Source of the DNA: Minisyncoccota bacterium
GTDB lineage: Bacteria > Patescibacteriota > Minisyncoccia > Moranbacterales > GCA-2747515
DNA: 56,484 bases
Assembly (NCBI GenBank): GCA_937936355.1
Contig: CALDDM010000030.1
Span: forward strand, 1-56,484
Direction: 5' to 3'
In this document: positions 36,381 to 47,220 of the stretch, one piece after another
Layout: every line of letters begins with the position of its first letter
Position numbering within the stretch: the stretch's first letter is position 1
The notes under the pieces: generated by a model
Told to the model about the DNA's origin: nothing
Database searches by the model: none
The model's input: the letters and a program-made list of their open reading frames with translations, nothing else
Program-made: the position numbers and the translations under genes

Positions 36381-38208
36381 ATCGGTCATCATTCATTGTA
36401 AAGATGTCAAAGTCGTCAGCATCAATGATACGAATATAGTTTGCTTTGCGCTTACTTGGGAGGATCTCGTGTACAACTGGAACATCGTCACTGTAGAGTC
36501 GCTCAAAGTGATATGTTTGTGCGGGTGCATCCTCCTTTCTTCTGTGGCGGGGTGCATGTCGCTCTGTGAGATGTTTGCGTGTACGTGATGTGACAAAGTA
36601 GTCAAAGACCAGTTTTTGCTCAGCAATCGTCGAGGCAGTCACTGTTGTTTCACATGAGCCAACAAACACAGCGCAGACACCGGCCTTATCAGCCCAGATT
36701 GTCATCTCTCGCGCACCTGGAAGCGCATTGAGATACATAGCTGCCTGATAGCTACCATCACCCATATCTTTGATGTTAAGGACGTCATCCTGTGGCAAGA
36801 GTTCACTCACAAAACTGAAGTAGTATGGACGGGCCATGAAAAGGTTAAGGAGGAGAATGCCAGCGACGACGATAGATACAGCAATCTGAATCGCAGTTTT
36901 ACGTGCATTCAGAATCTGCGTAAGCCCATAAGCCGCAACAATAAAGACTAGGGGAAAAGCAGCAACTTGATAGCGTAGGATCGTAGTGACGCCGCTGATC
37001 GCAGAGCCGAGATAGTACAGCGGCGGAAAGAGAAGGAGGATTGCATAAAGCCACTGCAATGCCTGTGAGGATTTCCTCGCAAGAAGATAGAGACCAATGA
37101 GAAAGGAAATGAGGATGGGTATTCCTATGGCAAAGATCAACACATAAAAATCAGCAAAAAAAGTCGTTAAAAATCCAAGGTCCCTGCCAGATGCCTTGGG
37201 AGACTGAAGGGAGAGTTGATAGTCAAAAGGTGACTGGAGATATGCAGTGACAATCGTAACAGTGATAATACCAAGCCAACCAGCAGCAATAGAAGGAAGA
37301 AGGTGTTGTTTCCAGCGAGTAAGTCTACAGAGAAGGTGTGTAATTAGTGATGTGCGGGAGGCATAAAGATCAGCGATAAGAACGATCATGCCAAGTACAT
37401 AGAATTTCCAAATAGGCTCAAATGCCTGAGAAAGAATGGTGCCCTCGAGTATATGTTCAGGTCGGACCCAAATACTTGGAAGGAGGAGACAGTATGCCAA
37501 AAGAGCGACAAGGATACTCCAGAGCATGCCACGGAAGTTCTTTTTGAGAAGTGTGCGCATGTGGTGCGTCTCTGTGGTGTGGTAGAGTGCGTGTACGACA
37601 ATCGCAAGAGGGAGGACAATCAGCAAAATGTTCATGACATACTTGGTAAGGAGGCCCAAGCCAAGAAGAATGCCAGTAAGGATGATGTGTGTCCAGTTTC
37701 GCTGTTGAAGTTGCAACAGAAAAGAAAGTAGTGTAAGCGGGAGAAGAATCCAAAGGAGTGCGTCAGGGTTCAAGATCCTTGTGACACCAATAAGAATCGG
37801 TGAAACAGCAATAAACGCAAGTGAGGCAATGGCTATTTTTGTGCCAAGGAGACGCATGACAAGGTAAAAAAACAGTGGTAAAAGAGCTGTGACAGCAAGC
37901 ACAATCGGAATACGCATAGCACCAATAAGGTCGCTACGAAATTCTGGGGTTTCAGTATCACGGATCTCATGTGGACGCACATGCTTCGTCAAGCCGTAGC
38001 CTCCGAGAATGGCAATGGTTACACCAGGCTTATCACTAGGTCGGACGTGGTGCAGATCACCCTCGGCAAGGTTGTGCCAATACTGCTCTATACGGTCATA
38101 TGCCCATAACGGCTCATCAACAAGTGCTTGTTTGCTAATGTCCAGAAGACCAAAAAACATAAAGATCAAGCAGAGTATAATTGCGGCAATCCAATGGTGT
38201 TTAAGCAT
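36379..38208 (-). CDS. GT-C fold membrane glycosyltransferase (PMT/ArnT-like)
   Basis: DE motif (LVDEPLW) after TM1, NPDAL, GLGLLTKY, many TM helices; start trimmed to the ATG at 38208. Confidence 0.85.
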   Translation of the reverse strand: MLKHHWIAAIILCLIFMFFGLLDISKQALVDEPLWAYDRIEQYWHNLAEGDLHHVRPSDKPGVTIAILGGYGLTKHVRPHEIRDTETPEFRSDLIGAMRIPIVLAVTALLPLFFYLVMRLLGTKIAIASLAFIAVSPILIGVTRILNPDALLWILLPLTLLSFLLQLQQRNWTHIILTGILLGLGLLTKYVMNILLIVLPLAIVVHALYHTTETHHMRTLLKKNFRGMLWSILVALLAYCLLLPSIWVRPEHILEGTILSQAFEPIWKFYVLGMIVLIADLYASRTSLITHLLCRLTRWKQHLLPSIAAGWLGIITVTIVTAYLQSPFDYQLSLQSPKASGRDLGFLTTFFADFYVLIFAIGIPILISFLIGLYLLARKSSQALQWLYAILLLFPPLYYLGSAISGVTTILRYQVAAFPLVFIVAAYGLTQILNARKTAIQIAVSIVVAGILLLNLFMARPYYFSFVSELLPQDDVLNIKDMGDGSYQAAMYLNALPGAREMTIWADKAGVCAVFVGSCETTVTASTIAEQKLVFDYFVTSRTRKHLTERHAPRHRRKEDAPAQTYHFERLYSDDVPVVHEILPSKRKANYIRIIDADDFDIFTMNDDR

Positions 38209-38293
38209 AAAGAGAGGATAAAAAGGAGGGATAATGTCTGCGGTAGCTGAAATGCTCTTTACGCATCGCAGTATGAACCGTACAATAAATATA

Positions 38294-39871
38294 ATGATTA
38301 TAGCAAAGAAATCACAAAAATACTGGATCTGGATTGCACTGGCTGCAATTGTACTTGTCGGAGGTTTTTTGCGCACACTGTCTCTTGGGGAGCGGCCATT
38401 TGTGGCGGATGAATTCCTTGATATCAATGCAACATATGGCTATCACCAAACAGGAAGTTGGCAGGCATGGGACTTTAACCAGGAGCAGCCGAGTATAAGG
38501 GACAATCCAGCAAGTGATCGCAGGGCATGGATGTACCGCGTACAAGTTGCATCGCTCTTTTCATATTTGCCACCAGTAGAATGGGTAGCGCGGTCCATAA
38601 GTGTACTATGGAGCATTCTCACAATAGTAATTATCTATGGGGTGACATATAGCTGGACAAAGAGTGCGCGCATAGGACTTATCGCATCGGCACTGTTCGC
38701 TGTCAGTATTCCGGCAATTGAAATTGGGAGGACACTGCGCATGTACAGTATGTTTGCGCCAATTTTTCTCTTGTTATCATGGAGCGTGTCACAATTTTTT
38801 GGGCGATCTTTTGCGGGTTATCGAATCACACAGTCTCGATGGATGAGTCTGGTAAATTTTGACTTCAAATATCTCGTGGTAAGTGTGCTGCTATCTCTCC
38901 TTGCAGCACACTTACATCTCTTAACCCTCAATCTGGCATTCGTTTTGCTCAGTTTCGTTTGTGTGATGTGGGCGTATGGCGTGAGATATAAGGAGGGTAT
39001 GACTATCTTTCGATACGGTGTGTATAGTGCTGTAGCTGTAGCATGTTTGGTTATAGGTGGCACGGTAATTACAATGTTTGCCGATATGCCACACCTTCTC
39101 AAGTTTAATGACAACACTGGATACATAGAACATATTTTACGACACTTTTGGCATCCTGTTCTTGGGGCAATGTTGATCCTCTGGGGAATCATTGTAAGCT
39201 TCACGAGGCGCGATGACCAAACAGTTTCGCGAATATGGGTCAGCGTGACGGCCCTCACGATCGTTACATGTGCAACATTCTTGTGGAATCGCAATGTAGG
39301 TGCGCAGTACATATATTTTGTCCAACCATTTATACTGATTCTCACAGCTATAGGGCTCGATCATCTATATGAAGAATTTCAAAAAGCCTTTTCCGCAAAA
39401 AGACTACAAAGAGGATTCTGGATTGTCGCGATAATACTACTGCCACACTATGGGTATTTTTTTCTCGAAAACAACACGTACAATCTGACAGCAGCATCTG
39501 AGACGCCAGACTATCGTAAAGTTTTTGACTATGTAAAGGATCACGGCAGAGCGGGTGAGCCACTTGTGACAAGAAATTTTCGGAACTACTACTATGGAGG
39601 GATAGGATTTGATGTGACAGACTTTGGATCAGAGCGATCACAGGAAAAACTTGATGCAGAGGGTAAATTTGCCAAGATTACCTCTGATGTCCTACGTGAT
39701 ATCCAAAAGGAAAATCCAACGGGGTGGTTTGTCTATACAGATAATGATGAAAATTTTATTAGTAAAGATGCGAGGGTGTACGCGCAAGAGAACTTCCAGC
39801 GCATAACAGATTCACCATTATTACGCGGAAAGATATTTGTTTATCGTTGGGGTAAAGATCACGTGAAATAA
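38294..39871 (+). CDS. GT-C fold membrane glycosyltransferase (PMT/ArnT-like)
   Basis: GGFLR..L...FVADE, AR.ISVL and RTLRMYS motifs; multi-TM; start 38273 or 38294. Confidence 0.87.
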   Translation: MIIAKKSQKYWIWIALAAIVLVGGFLRTLSLGERPFVADEFLDINATYGYHQTGSWQAWDFNQEQPSIRDNPASDRRAWMYRVQVASLFSYLPPVEWVARSISVLWSILTIVIIYGVTYSWTKSARIGLIASALFAVSIPAIEIGRTLRMYSMFAPIFLLLSWSVSQFFGRSFAGYRITQSRWMSLVNFDFKYLVVSVLLSLLAAHLHLLTLNLAFVLLSFVCVMWAYGVRYKEGMTIFRYGVYSAVAVACLVIGGTVITMFADMPHLLKFNDNTGYIEHILRHFWHPVLGAMLILWGIIVSFTRRDDQTVSRIWVSVTALTIVTCATFLWNRNVGAQYIYFVQPFILILTAIGLDHLYEEFQKAFSAKRLQRGFWIVAIILLPHYGYFFLENNTYNLTAASETPDYRKVFDYVKDHGRAGEPLVTRNFRNYYYGGIGFDVTDFGSERSQEKLDAEGKFAKITSDVLRDIQKENPTGWFVYTDNDENFISKDARVYAQENFQRITDSPLLRGKIFVYRWGKDHVK

Positions 39872-41539
39872 ATGAGAAAATTCATGAAAGGCATGCGTGT
39901 AGATCACTATGTCATCCTTGCTCTTATTATGGTAATGGGTATTTTCCTGCGATCGTGGGACTATGCAAGTACATTACATTTTGAGTTGGATCAAGCGCGT
40001 GACATGTATGTGGTGCACGATGCAATGACGACTGGTCAGTGGCCGGTTTATGGACCCATGGCACGAGGAAGTGAGTTATTTCTGGGCCCACTCTTTTACT
40101 ATGGACAAATTATCACTGGGAAGATTTTTGGTGTGAGGCCAGAGGTGATCGCATTTGCAGAAACAATTTTAAGCATTCTAGTTTTGCCTCTAGTATTTGT
40201 GCTTGCGCGACGGACATTTAGTTTACAGACAGCAATTAGTGTGACAGCAATTGTTGCGTCATCTGCATTTTTTGTTACATATGGCCGTTTCGCGTGGAAC
40301 CCTAACGCAATGATTTTTTGGGGTCTATTACTCACATATTGTGTGGTATCGCTTTCAGATAAGCAGCAGCGATATAAGGCAATCTGCATCGCAGGAGGAA
40401 TTGGCTTTTCAGCTAGCGCTTTGATGCAGCTCCATTTCATTGCTTTTTTATGTGTTCCTCTGACTTTGGTGATTTATTACGCCGTGAGGATGGCGCAAGG
40501 TAGTGAGTATGACTGGCGTCTGTTGGTGTGTGGAGTTGTAGCCTTTTTGCTGCCCACAATGCCAATGATTGCTCAGGAGGTCAATTCATCAGGCGCAACG
40601 ACAAAGGCTCTCTATGAAACGATACGCGACAAAGGCAATCGAGACAACGACCATCATGTGATTGAAAAAATTGTCAGGAGTACCCAAAAATCCTCAACAT
40701 ATCTCCTGACGACAATGGTTCCAAGCAAGTATGCAGGCACTACGCTCAAGACAAGGGGAAAGGACTTCATTTGCGACAATGGTTGCAAAGTGAAAATGCC
40801 ATATTTAGTCTTTTCCCTGGCATTTCTTATGGTGGGGATTCTCTGCGCTGTACGATTGCGAGATTGTGCTAATGGTAATATAACAATTCTTATGAGTGTG
40901 TGGCTCGTGATAGGAGGCGTATTCCTCACATTACTGGCATACCAGATATCACCAAGATTTTATCTTTTTCTGGCACCACCGATCATATTTCTATGGGCAT
41001 GCGTAGTGGAGGCAGGTTTCCGACGTTTCACATACATTACAACAATCGCAGTATTGATGATCGTAAGCATGAACATACATGGTACGATCATCGAGTATCG
41101 TCTGCTTAAGGCATCACAAACAGAGGCGATAAGGACAGGTTCAGATAATATTCTTGGGAGAAGTAGTCGTGTAACGCTTGGAGCATTACGCAAAGCGAGT
41201 GACATTATAACAAGTGATCAAATGCAAGTAAATTTTGTCATAGTCGGCGACAATCGATATGCCCGTGCCCTGCACTACCTTGTCGACAAGGAGGGTGGCG
41301 ATAAGAGGTTATTATGCTACGCAAAACGCGGTGGATTGCCTGAGGTAGAGTATGCTTACAACGAAATATGGCTCCTCGTGCGAGAGCAAACACGCAAGCA
41401 AATCCCAGGCGCTCTCGAGCAGTCTCACACAGTGCAGGAGTCATACAATATAGGGACGATTAATTTGTACAAATTATCATCAAAAAAAGAAGGTAATTCT
41501 GCAAAAGGTGATTTGCCACAAAAGTGTCATGTGCGATAA
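39872..41539 (+). CDS. GT-C fold membrane glycosyltransferase
   Basis: HFELDQARD, LGPLFYY, RFAWNPN and QLHF motifs; paralogue of the next gene. Confidence 0.87.
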   Translation: MRKFMKGMRVDHYVILALIMVMGIFLRSWDYASTLHFELDQARDMYVVHDAMTTGQWPVYGPMARGSELFLGPLFYYGQIITGKIFGVRPEVIAFAETILSILVLPLVFVLARRTFSLQTAISVTAIVASSAFFVTYGRFAWNPNAMIFWGLLLTYCVVSLSDKQQRYKAICIAGGIGFSASALMQLHFIAFLCVPLTLVIYYAVRMAQGSEYDWRLLVCGVVAFLLPTMPMIAQEVNSSGATTKALYETIRDKGNRDNDHHVIEKIVRSTQKSSTYLLTTMVPSKYAGTTLKTRGKDFICDNGCKVKMPYLVFSLAFLMVGILCAVRLRDCANGNITILMSVWLVIGGVFLTLLAYQISPRFYLFLAPPIIFLWACVVEAGFRRFTYITTIAVLMIVSMNIHGTIIEYRLLKASQTEAIRTGSDNILGRSSRVTLGALRKASDIITSDQMQVNFVIVGDNRYARALHYLVDKEGGDKRLLCYAKRGGLPEVEYAYNEIWLLVREQTRKQIPGALEQSHTVQESYNIGTINLYKLSSKKEGNSAKGDLPQKCHVR

Positions 41540-41572
41540 TGAGGGGTAAGAAAAATTCTAAGGTAACTGCAA

Positions 41573-43393
41573 ATGTCGACCGAAAATAATAAGTGGGCAG
41601 TAATCACGCTCGTACTCATTGTGTGTGTCGGGGGTTTTTTTCGTTCGTATAACTTAGACTCATGGATGCACTACGAGCTCGATCAGGCACGAGATTTTCG
41701 AGTGATTTCTGCAGCATACGAAAAAGGTATTGGTGAGCTTCCACTACAAGGTCCAAAGGCTGCGGGCAATGTCTTCATAGATTCAGATGGAGATGGTGTG
41801 TCAGAGGACAAGACGACACTGCGATTGGGACCGCTATTCTACTACATCGAATACCTCAGTGCGGTTATCTTTGGTGCGACACCTGGAGAAAGTGTTATGC
41901 TGATAACGCTTTTAAGTATAGCAACGATACCCCTGTTTTACTTCTTTGCAAGGGAGTTTTTTCAGTCACGTCTTGCGCTAGCACTAACAGCACTCTTGGC
42001 AACATCACTGTACTTTGTTGTCTACAGTCGATTTGGGTGGAATCCAAACCTTATACCATTTTTTTCGCTAGCATCTGCATACTGCCTCTTGCAGACATCT
42101 CAGACAAAGCTTGCTAAGTCGGATCGCGGGAGATGGCTCGTCGGCGCGTCAGCTAGCTTTGCCTTCCTTTCAAATATGCACTTCCTAGCATTTACAGTAT
42201 TTCCAGTGATTTGCGTAGCCTATTTATTGTGGACACGGCCTGCGGTTCCATGGAAGTACTGGATCCTTGCTGTAGTAACATTTTGTGTGCTCAATACACC
42301 ACTAGTGATCAATGATATAAAAACAGGTGGGGAGAACTATAAAGCGTTCATAGCGTCAGTTCGTGGAGATGCTACCCAGGAAAGTGCATCTCTGGGTGTG
42401 AATATATTACGCAACGCAGCGGAGCATACAGAAATGGCATGGGTCGTATTAACTGGAGACCAAAAAATAAAAACCCCTAAGCCCTCCAAGGACGGCACAA
42501 TTGCATGTGACGAGTTGTGTAAAAAATCTCTTGCAAAATCTCTCGCGACTGTCGGATATCTATTCGGCGGGTGGATTAGCTGGCTCATAGCACTGAAAAA
42601 TGCTAAAACAAGGCGGCAAAAAAACTTTCTACGCATGACAGGTCTATGGGGTCTTGTGACATTTGTCATCTATACGCCACTAGCATTTGATTTTGCTCCA
42701 CGATTCTTTTTGCTCCAAGCACCAATTTTCATAATTTTCTTAGGCTTGATTACGCAGGGTGTGATGGATACGCAGAGGCCACGCTTGGTTATTGCAGTAA
42801 AAGTAGTTCTGCTGATCACGATCCTTGGAAATGCGTACTTTGTTGCAGCGCACTTCAAGGAAAGGTCCATTGCAGGAAATGACACAACTTTCCGCCTGGT
42901 ACCCAGTGATCTGATCCTGAAGGAAAAAACACGGGTCAACCTTGGACAGATGGAAGAGGTTGTTGATGCTATGGTAGACGAACACACGCAAAACGGGGAA
43001 ATGATATTTATGGAGGCGCAAGCAGAGCTCAAGAGGGCATTCTGGGAAAGAATAGAGAGTAATGATTTCTACTCAGTAGGCAAGGTGGGGGATTTGCGCA
43101 CACAATATCTGGGAGGAAACTACTATATTGTAGTGCGAACACAATCAGACTTTCAGCGATATTTTGAGAAATTCGAGCCTTATTACATAATTCAAAATGT
43201 GGAAACTTTCGGAACATTGACCCTTTATACACTAAAAGTACGCAACAGCGAAGGTTTGGTAGCGCTGCCAGATATCGAGGATAGCCCAGATCCCCAATTC
43301 TCAAGCTCTGCGCAAGTTCGCTACTTATGGCGTCAGGTATTCCAGGGTTGCACATACGACTACACAACTAGGCGGTGTGAGATGGGTAAGTAG
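41573..43393 (+). CDS. GT-C fold membrane glycosyltransferase
   Basis: HYELDQARD, LGPLFYY, RFGWNPN and NMHF motifs. Confidence 0.87.
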   Translation: MSTENNKWAVITLVLIVCVGGFFRSYNLDSWMHYELDQARDFRVISAAYEKGIGELPLQGPKAAGNVFIDSDGDGVSEDKTTLRLGPLFYYIEYLSAVIFGATPGESVMLITLLSIATIPLFYFFAREFFQSRLALALTALLATSLYFVVYSRFGWNPNLIPFFSLASAYCLLQTSQTKLAKSDRGRWLVGASASFAFLSNMHFLAFTVFPVICVAYLLWTRPAVPWKYWILAVVTFCVLNTPLVINDIKTGGENYKAFIASVRGDATQESASLGVNILRNAAEHTEMAWVVLTGDQKIKTPKPSKDGTIACDELCKKSLAKSLATVGYLFGGWISWLIALKNAKTRRQKNFLRMTGLWGLVTFVIYTPLAFDFAPRFFLLQAPIFIIFLGLITQGVMDTQRPRLVIAVKVVLLITILGNAYFVAAHFKERSIAGNDTTFRLVPSDLILKEKTRVNLGQMEEVVDAMVDEHTQNGEMIFMEAQAELKRAFWERIESNDFYSVGKVGDLRTQYLGGNYYIVVRTQSDFQRYFEKFEPYYIIQNVETFGTLTLYTLKVRNSEGLVALPDIEDSPDPQFSSSAQVRYLWRQVFQGCTYDYTTRRCEMGK

Positions 43394-43474
43394 GAATCAA
43401 GGGATTTCACCATTTTGCAAAACTGCAGAAATGTCGCTATACTTGGAAGTATTAAATATTTGTTGGATTTACTT

Positions 43475-46132
43475 ATGAAACATGCGTTTCCTGCTGGGAG
43501 ATTACTCCTTATCCTTTTTTTGGTGTGTACTGTAGTAGCGCTAGCCATCGGCCGGTTTCCACTGGGTGGACCAGTTGCAACATGGCTTGATGAGCTCGAT
43601 GTCAATCTTGGTCTCGACCTGCGAGGCGGATTTCATCTTGAATATGAAGTAGATCTCACAAAGGTTGATCCAGCAGCGCATGAAGACGCCCTCAATGCAG
43701 TGCAGGCAGTTATTGAACGTCGAGTAAACGCATTTGGCGTAGGAGAGCCAATCGTGCAAATTGCACGTCGTGGAACTGACCGTTTTCTCATCGTGGAGCT
43801 CCCTGGGATCAAGGACGTGGAGCAAGCAAAGCAAATTATCAAAGAAACACCTGCTCTTGAGTTTCGTGAAGAGCGGACGACACAAGAAATAGACGCATAT
43901 TTTGAGCCGCTCAATGTAGAGGTACGCGAAGGAGCACAAGCAGCCCTCGCGCGCATCACTAATGGAGAAGACTTCACAGAGGTTCAAAAAGAGGTAGATC
44001 CCTTTGCTGCGCTCAACTTGCAGGGCGGTGATGATCAGCAGCAAGAACCAGAGGTCCAATATGCAGCCAAGGGTGAGCTCGTTGGTGCACCAGCAATCGA
44101 AGCTGTGCTTTTTGATAACAATGTGGCACAAGGAGCGGTATACAACGAGATCGTTGAATCAGAAGTGGCATACCACATTGTACGCAAAGCAGATACACGA
44201 CAAAGTATTCCCGAAGCTGCGGAGGGCGAGGAGGTTGGCGATCCAGTGCAGGAGGTGGGCTACGAACTGATCACATTTATAAAACAGTCACAGCGCACCG
44301 ATCCAGGCGCAATCTACAAGGCAACAGAATTAACAGGGGAATTCCTCGACCGAGCTGAGGTGACGTATTCAGACATAGGAGTCACACGACCAGAGGTTTC
44401 AATCTTTTTCAACCCGCAGGGGGCTGAGATGTTTAGTGAGTTGACCAAGCGTAGCGTAGGAAAGACAATTGCGATTGCTGTAGATGATCAAATTGTTAGT
44501 GCGCCAAGTGTCTCTCAGGCATTGCACGGTGGTCAAGCACAGATTACAGGTAACTTTTCTCTTGAAGAGGCAACAAGGCTAGCTGGCAGGCTCAATGAAG
44601 GTGCGCTACCTGTTCCCATTGAGCTCGTGTCACAAGAGAGTGTAGACGCTTCTTTGGGTGCAAAGGCGCTGACAGTCAGTCTGAAAGCGGGTTTCATTGG
44701 TCTGCTTGCGGTGATGTTGTACATGCTTTTCTACTATCGCATACTCGGATTAGTTGCAGCGCTAGCAATAGCGTTCTATGCTGGAGCAATCATTGCGATC
44801 ATGAAGCTTTCAAGTGTGCTACCAGCAGGTCTCTCGATCACACTGACACTCTCAGGCATTGCGGGACTTATCCTATCAATTGGTATGGCTGTCGATGCTA
44901 ATATTCTGATCTTTGAAAGAATTCGTGAAGAATTACGTAGGGGACGCAGATTTGCACATGCACTTGAGGAAGGCTTTAAACGTGCGTGGTCCGCAATTCT
45001 TGATGGTAACATCTCGACAATCATTACGTGTTTAATCCTCATGATCATTGGGACTGGGTTCGTAAAAGGCTTTGCGATTATTCTGATCATCGGTGTTATT
45101 GTCTCACTCTTCACAGCCGTCTTCTTGGTTCGTATGGTGCTGCGTATGTTTGGTCCGCGGTTATTTGAAAAGTACCCAGAGCTGATTGGTGGAACATCCA
45201 CAGAAAAGCGCACAAAGATATTTGAAATCATTGGAAAAAGGGGTGTGACGTATGTACTCTCTGGCATCTTGATGCTGATGAGTGTGGGGGCTGTTGCACT
45301 TTTTGGACTCAAGCCAGGAATTGACTTTACGGGTGGTACGCTCATCAAGGTGCAAGCAAGCACTGGAACAACTATCACAAAAGATGCGCTATGCAAAAAC
45401 TTGCCAGAAAATATCTGTGCACAAAGCTTCACAGTTCAGAAGTCTGAAGACGACACATACAACATTCGGTATGTTGCCTCGACGGAAGAGCACAACCAGC
45501 AAGTTCGTGATGCTCTGGCAAGTATTGATCCTGAGGTAAAGGAGTTAAGTGCCGCCTTTGTGGGATCAAAGATCTCAGATCAGCTCAGAGGAAATGCCTT
45601 AACAGCTATATTGCTTGTTGTTGCGATGATCCTTATTTACATCGCCTATGCATTCCGTAAAATTTCTTTCCCAGTATCATCATGGAGCTATGGATTTACA
45701 GCTGTGGTGGCGCTCATCCATGACATCATGATAGTCCTTGGCCTCTTTGCAATTTTTGGAAGGTTTGCAGGCGTTGAAGTGGGTATTCCATTTATAGCTG
45801 CTCTTTTGACGATTCTTGGGTACTCTGTCAATGACACAATCGTCGTTTACGATCGTGTACGTGAGAACATTCTCAGAACCAAAAACACTGACCAGTTCGA
45901 GGCGATTCTCAATCAATCAATTAGCGAAACGCTGGCGCGGTCTTTCAACACGTCGTTGACAGTTGTCGTTGTGCTTGTTGCGATGATTATGTGGGGCTCA
46001 AGTTCACTAGTGTGGTTTAGTGTTGCACTTCTGATTGGTGTGGTCGCAGGAACATACTCATCAATTTTCGTTGCAACTGCACTCGTAGCAACGATCTATC
46101 AGTACAAAAAAGCAAAAGGCCTCATCAAATAG
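43475..46132 (+). CDS. secDF: Fused protein translocase subunit SecDF with parvulin-like insertion in P1
   Basis: SecD motifs LGLDLRGG, GMAVDANILIFERIREE and DGNISTI; SecF motifs GIDFTGGT, GYSVNDTIVVYDRVREN and GTYSSIFVA. Confidence 0.96.
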   Translation: MKHAFPAGRLLLILFLVCTVVALAIGRFPLGGPVATWLDELDVNLGLDLRGGFHLEYEVDLTKVDPAAHEDALNAVQAVIERRVNAFGVGEPIVQIARRGTDRFLIVELPGIKDVEQAKQIIKETPALEFREERTTQEIDAYFEPLNVEVREGAQAALARITNGEDFTEVQKEVDPFAALNLQGGDDQQQEPEVQYAAKGELVGAPAIEAVLFDNNVAQGAVYNEIVESEVAYHIVRKADTRQSIPEAAEGEEVGDPVQEVGYELITFIKQSQRTDPGAIYKATELTGEFLDRAEVTYSDIGVTRPEVSIFFNPQGAEMFSELTKRSVGKTIAIAVDDQIVSAPSVSQALHGGQAQITGNFSLEEATRLAGRLNEGALPVPIELVSQESVDASLGAKALTVSLKAGFIGLLAVMLYMLFYYRILGLVAALAIAFYAGAIIAIMKLSSVLPAGLSITLTLSGIAGLILSIGMAVDANILIFERIREELRRGRRFAHALEEGFKRAWSAILDGNISTIITCLILMIIGTGFVKGFAIILIIGVIVSLFTAVFLVRMVLRMFGPRLFEKYPELIGGTSTEKRTKIFEIIGKRGVTYVLSGILMLMSVGAVALFGLKPGIDFTGGTLIKVQASTGTTITKDALCKNLPENICAQSFTVQKSEDDTYNIRYVASTEEHNQQVRDALASIDPEVKELSAAFVGSKISDQLRGNALTAILLVVAMILIYIAYAFRKISFPVSSWSYGFTAVVALIHDIMIVLGLFAIFGRFAGVEVGIPFIAALLTILGYSVNDTIVVYDRVRENILRTKNTDQFEAILNQSISETLARSFNTSLTVVVVLVAMIMWGSSSLVWFSVALLIGVVAGTYSSIFVATALVATIYQYKKAKGLIK

Positions 46133-46181
46133 GGCTAAGTTCAGGAGATAAAGTGACACAGATATACATTAAAAATGATCT

Positions 46182-46583
46182 ATGCTAGGAAAGTTATTCA
46201 AGAAAAAAGAAGAAAAAGAACAAGAGAAATTTGAAAAAGAGCTCGCAAAGCAAGAGGTTTCACAAAAATCAGTAGACGATGCGCAGAAAATGCTCGGCGG
46301 GGAAATGCCGGAGATTACTGATGAAATGATTGATCAAATGCTCGAAGGTTCTATACCAGGAATGCCAAAACTCGGCGCGATGCAAAAAATGGCACTCAAA
46401 GGCATCAAGAAAATGGACCCAAAGAAAAGAAAGGAACTCTTTGCACAAGCGATGGGTAAAGTGGCCTCAGGAGATGGCGAATCAAAAGAAGAGATGCTCG
46501 CGCAAATAGAGGAGATGCGTGCAGCAGGACAACTAAATTCAAAGCAATATAAAATTGCCAAGAAACGCCTTGGAATTAAGTAG
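46182..46583 (+). CDS. Hypothetical K/E/M-rich helical protein with SHOCT-like C-terminus
   Basis: Ends IEEMRAAGQLNSKQYKIAKKRLG; co-directional after secDF. Confidence 0.7.
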   Translation: MLGKLFKKKEEKEQEKFEKELAKQEVSQKSVDDAQKMLGGEMPEITDEMIDQMLEGSIPGMPKLGAMQKMALKGIKKMDPKKRKELFAQAMGKVASGDGESKEEMLAQIEEMRAAGQLNSKQYKIAKKRLGIK

Positions 46584-46730
46584 ATCTTGCATGTGCGCAG
46601 AACATGAAGATATGTAATGCACAACAAGAGCGAAGCTGGCAGTTGCAGTATATAATTACAGAGAACACTTGCATTGTTTTTGATGGTGTTGTATGATAGA
46701 TCGTTATTATAATATGTATACATTACCACT

Positions 46731-47198
46731 ATGAAAAACATAATTATGCTTCCTGGGCTACTTTTTGTGGTCATACTGCTCGCAGGTTGTGGCTTATGGA
46801 GCCGTGATGAAGTTGTAGAGTCTGGGGAAGTGCAAGAAGTTGTCGTCGGCACAACCAGTCCAGAGACCATGGAGCAGGAGCGAGATTTCTTTGGTCGCCC
46901 AATGACAGATCAGGGGAGTATGCCAAATATGGAGCGTGAGGTACTGGAAAACGAAATGGAGCGAGAGCAGTCAGGTGAGGGGGAGCGGGAAGAGGAGTTA
47001 AACCGCATCGATAAGACACAGGAGATCGTGCGGGCTATTACAGAGCAAGATCCGTCTACGGCGCCACAGCCAGCCCAACAGCAAGCACAAGAAAAACCAC
47101 GTGTTTCACCGGTGACAGGACCAGCAATTCCAGAAAATGAAATGCGCAAAATCCTCAATGACGAGCTAATTGCAAATGGTCAAAGTCCGCGCTACTAA
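46731..47198 (+). CDS. Hypothetical lipoprotein, largely low-complexity
   Basis: Signal peptide with lipobox LAGC. Confidence 0.75.
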   Translation: MKNIIMLPGLLFVVILLAGCGLWSRDEVVESGEVQEVVVGTTSPETMEQERDFFGRPMTDQGSMPNMEREVLENEMEREQSGEGEREEELNRIDKTQEIVRAITEQDPSTAPQPAQQQAQEKPRVSPVTGPAIPENEMRKILNDELIANGQSPRY

Positions 47199-47220
47199 GT
47201 TGAAGTAGTTCAAGAGAACA

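Noticed and set aside
38209-38427. Head-to-head overlap of two GT-C genes as given by the ORF track
   Set aside because: An artefact of longest-ORF starts; ATGs at 38208 (-) and 38273/38294 (+) leave a normal divergent gap.
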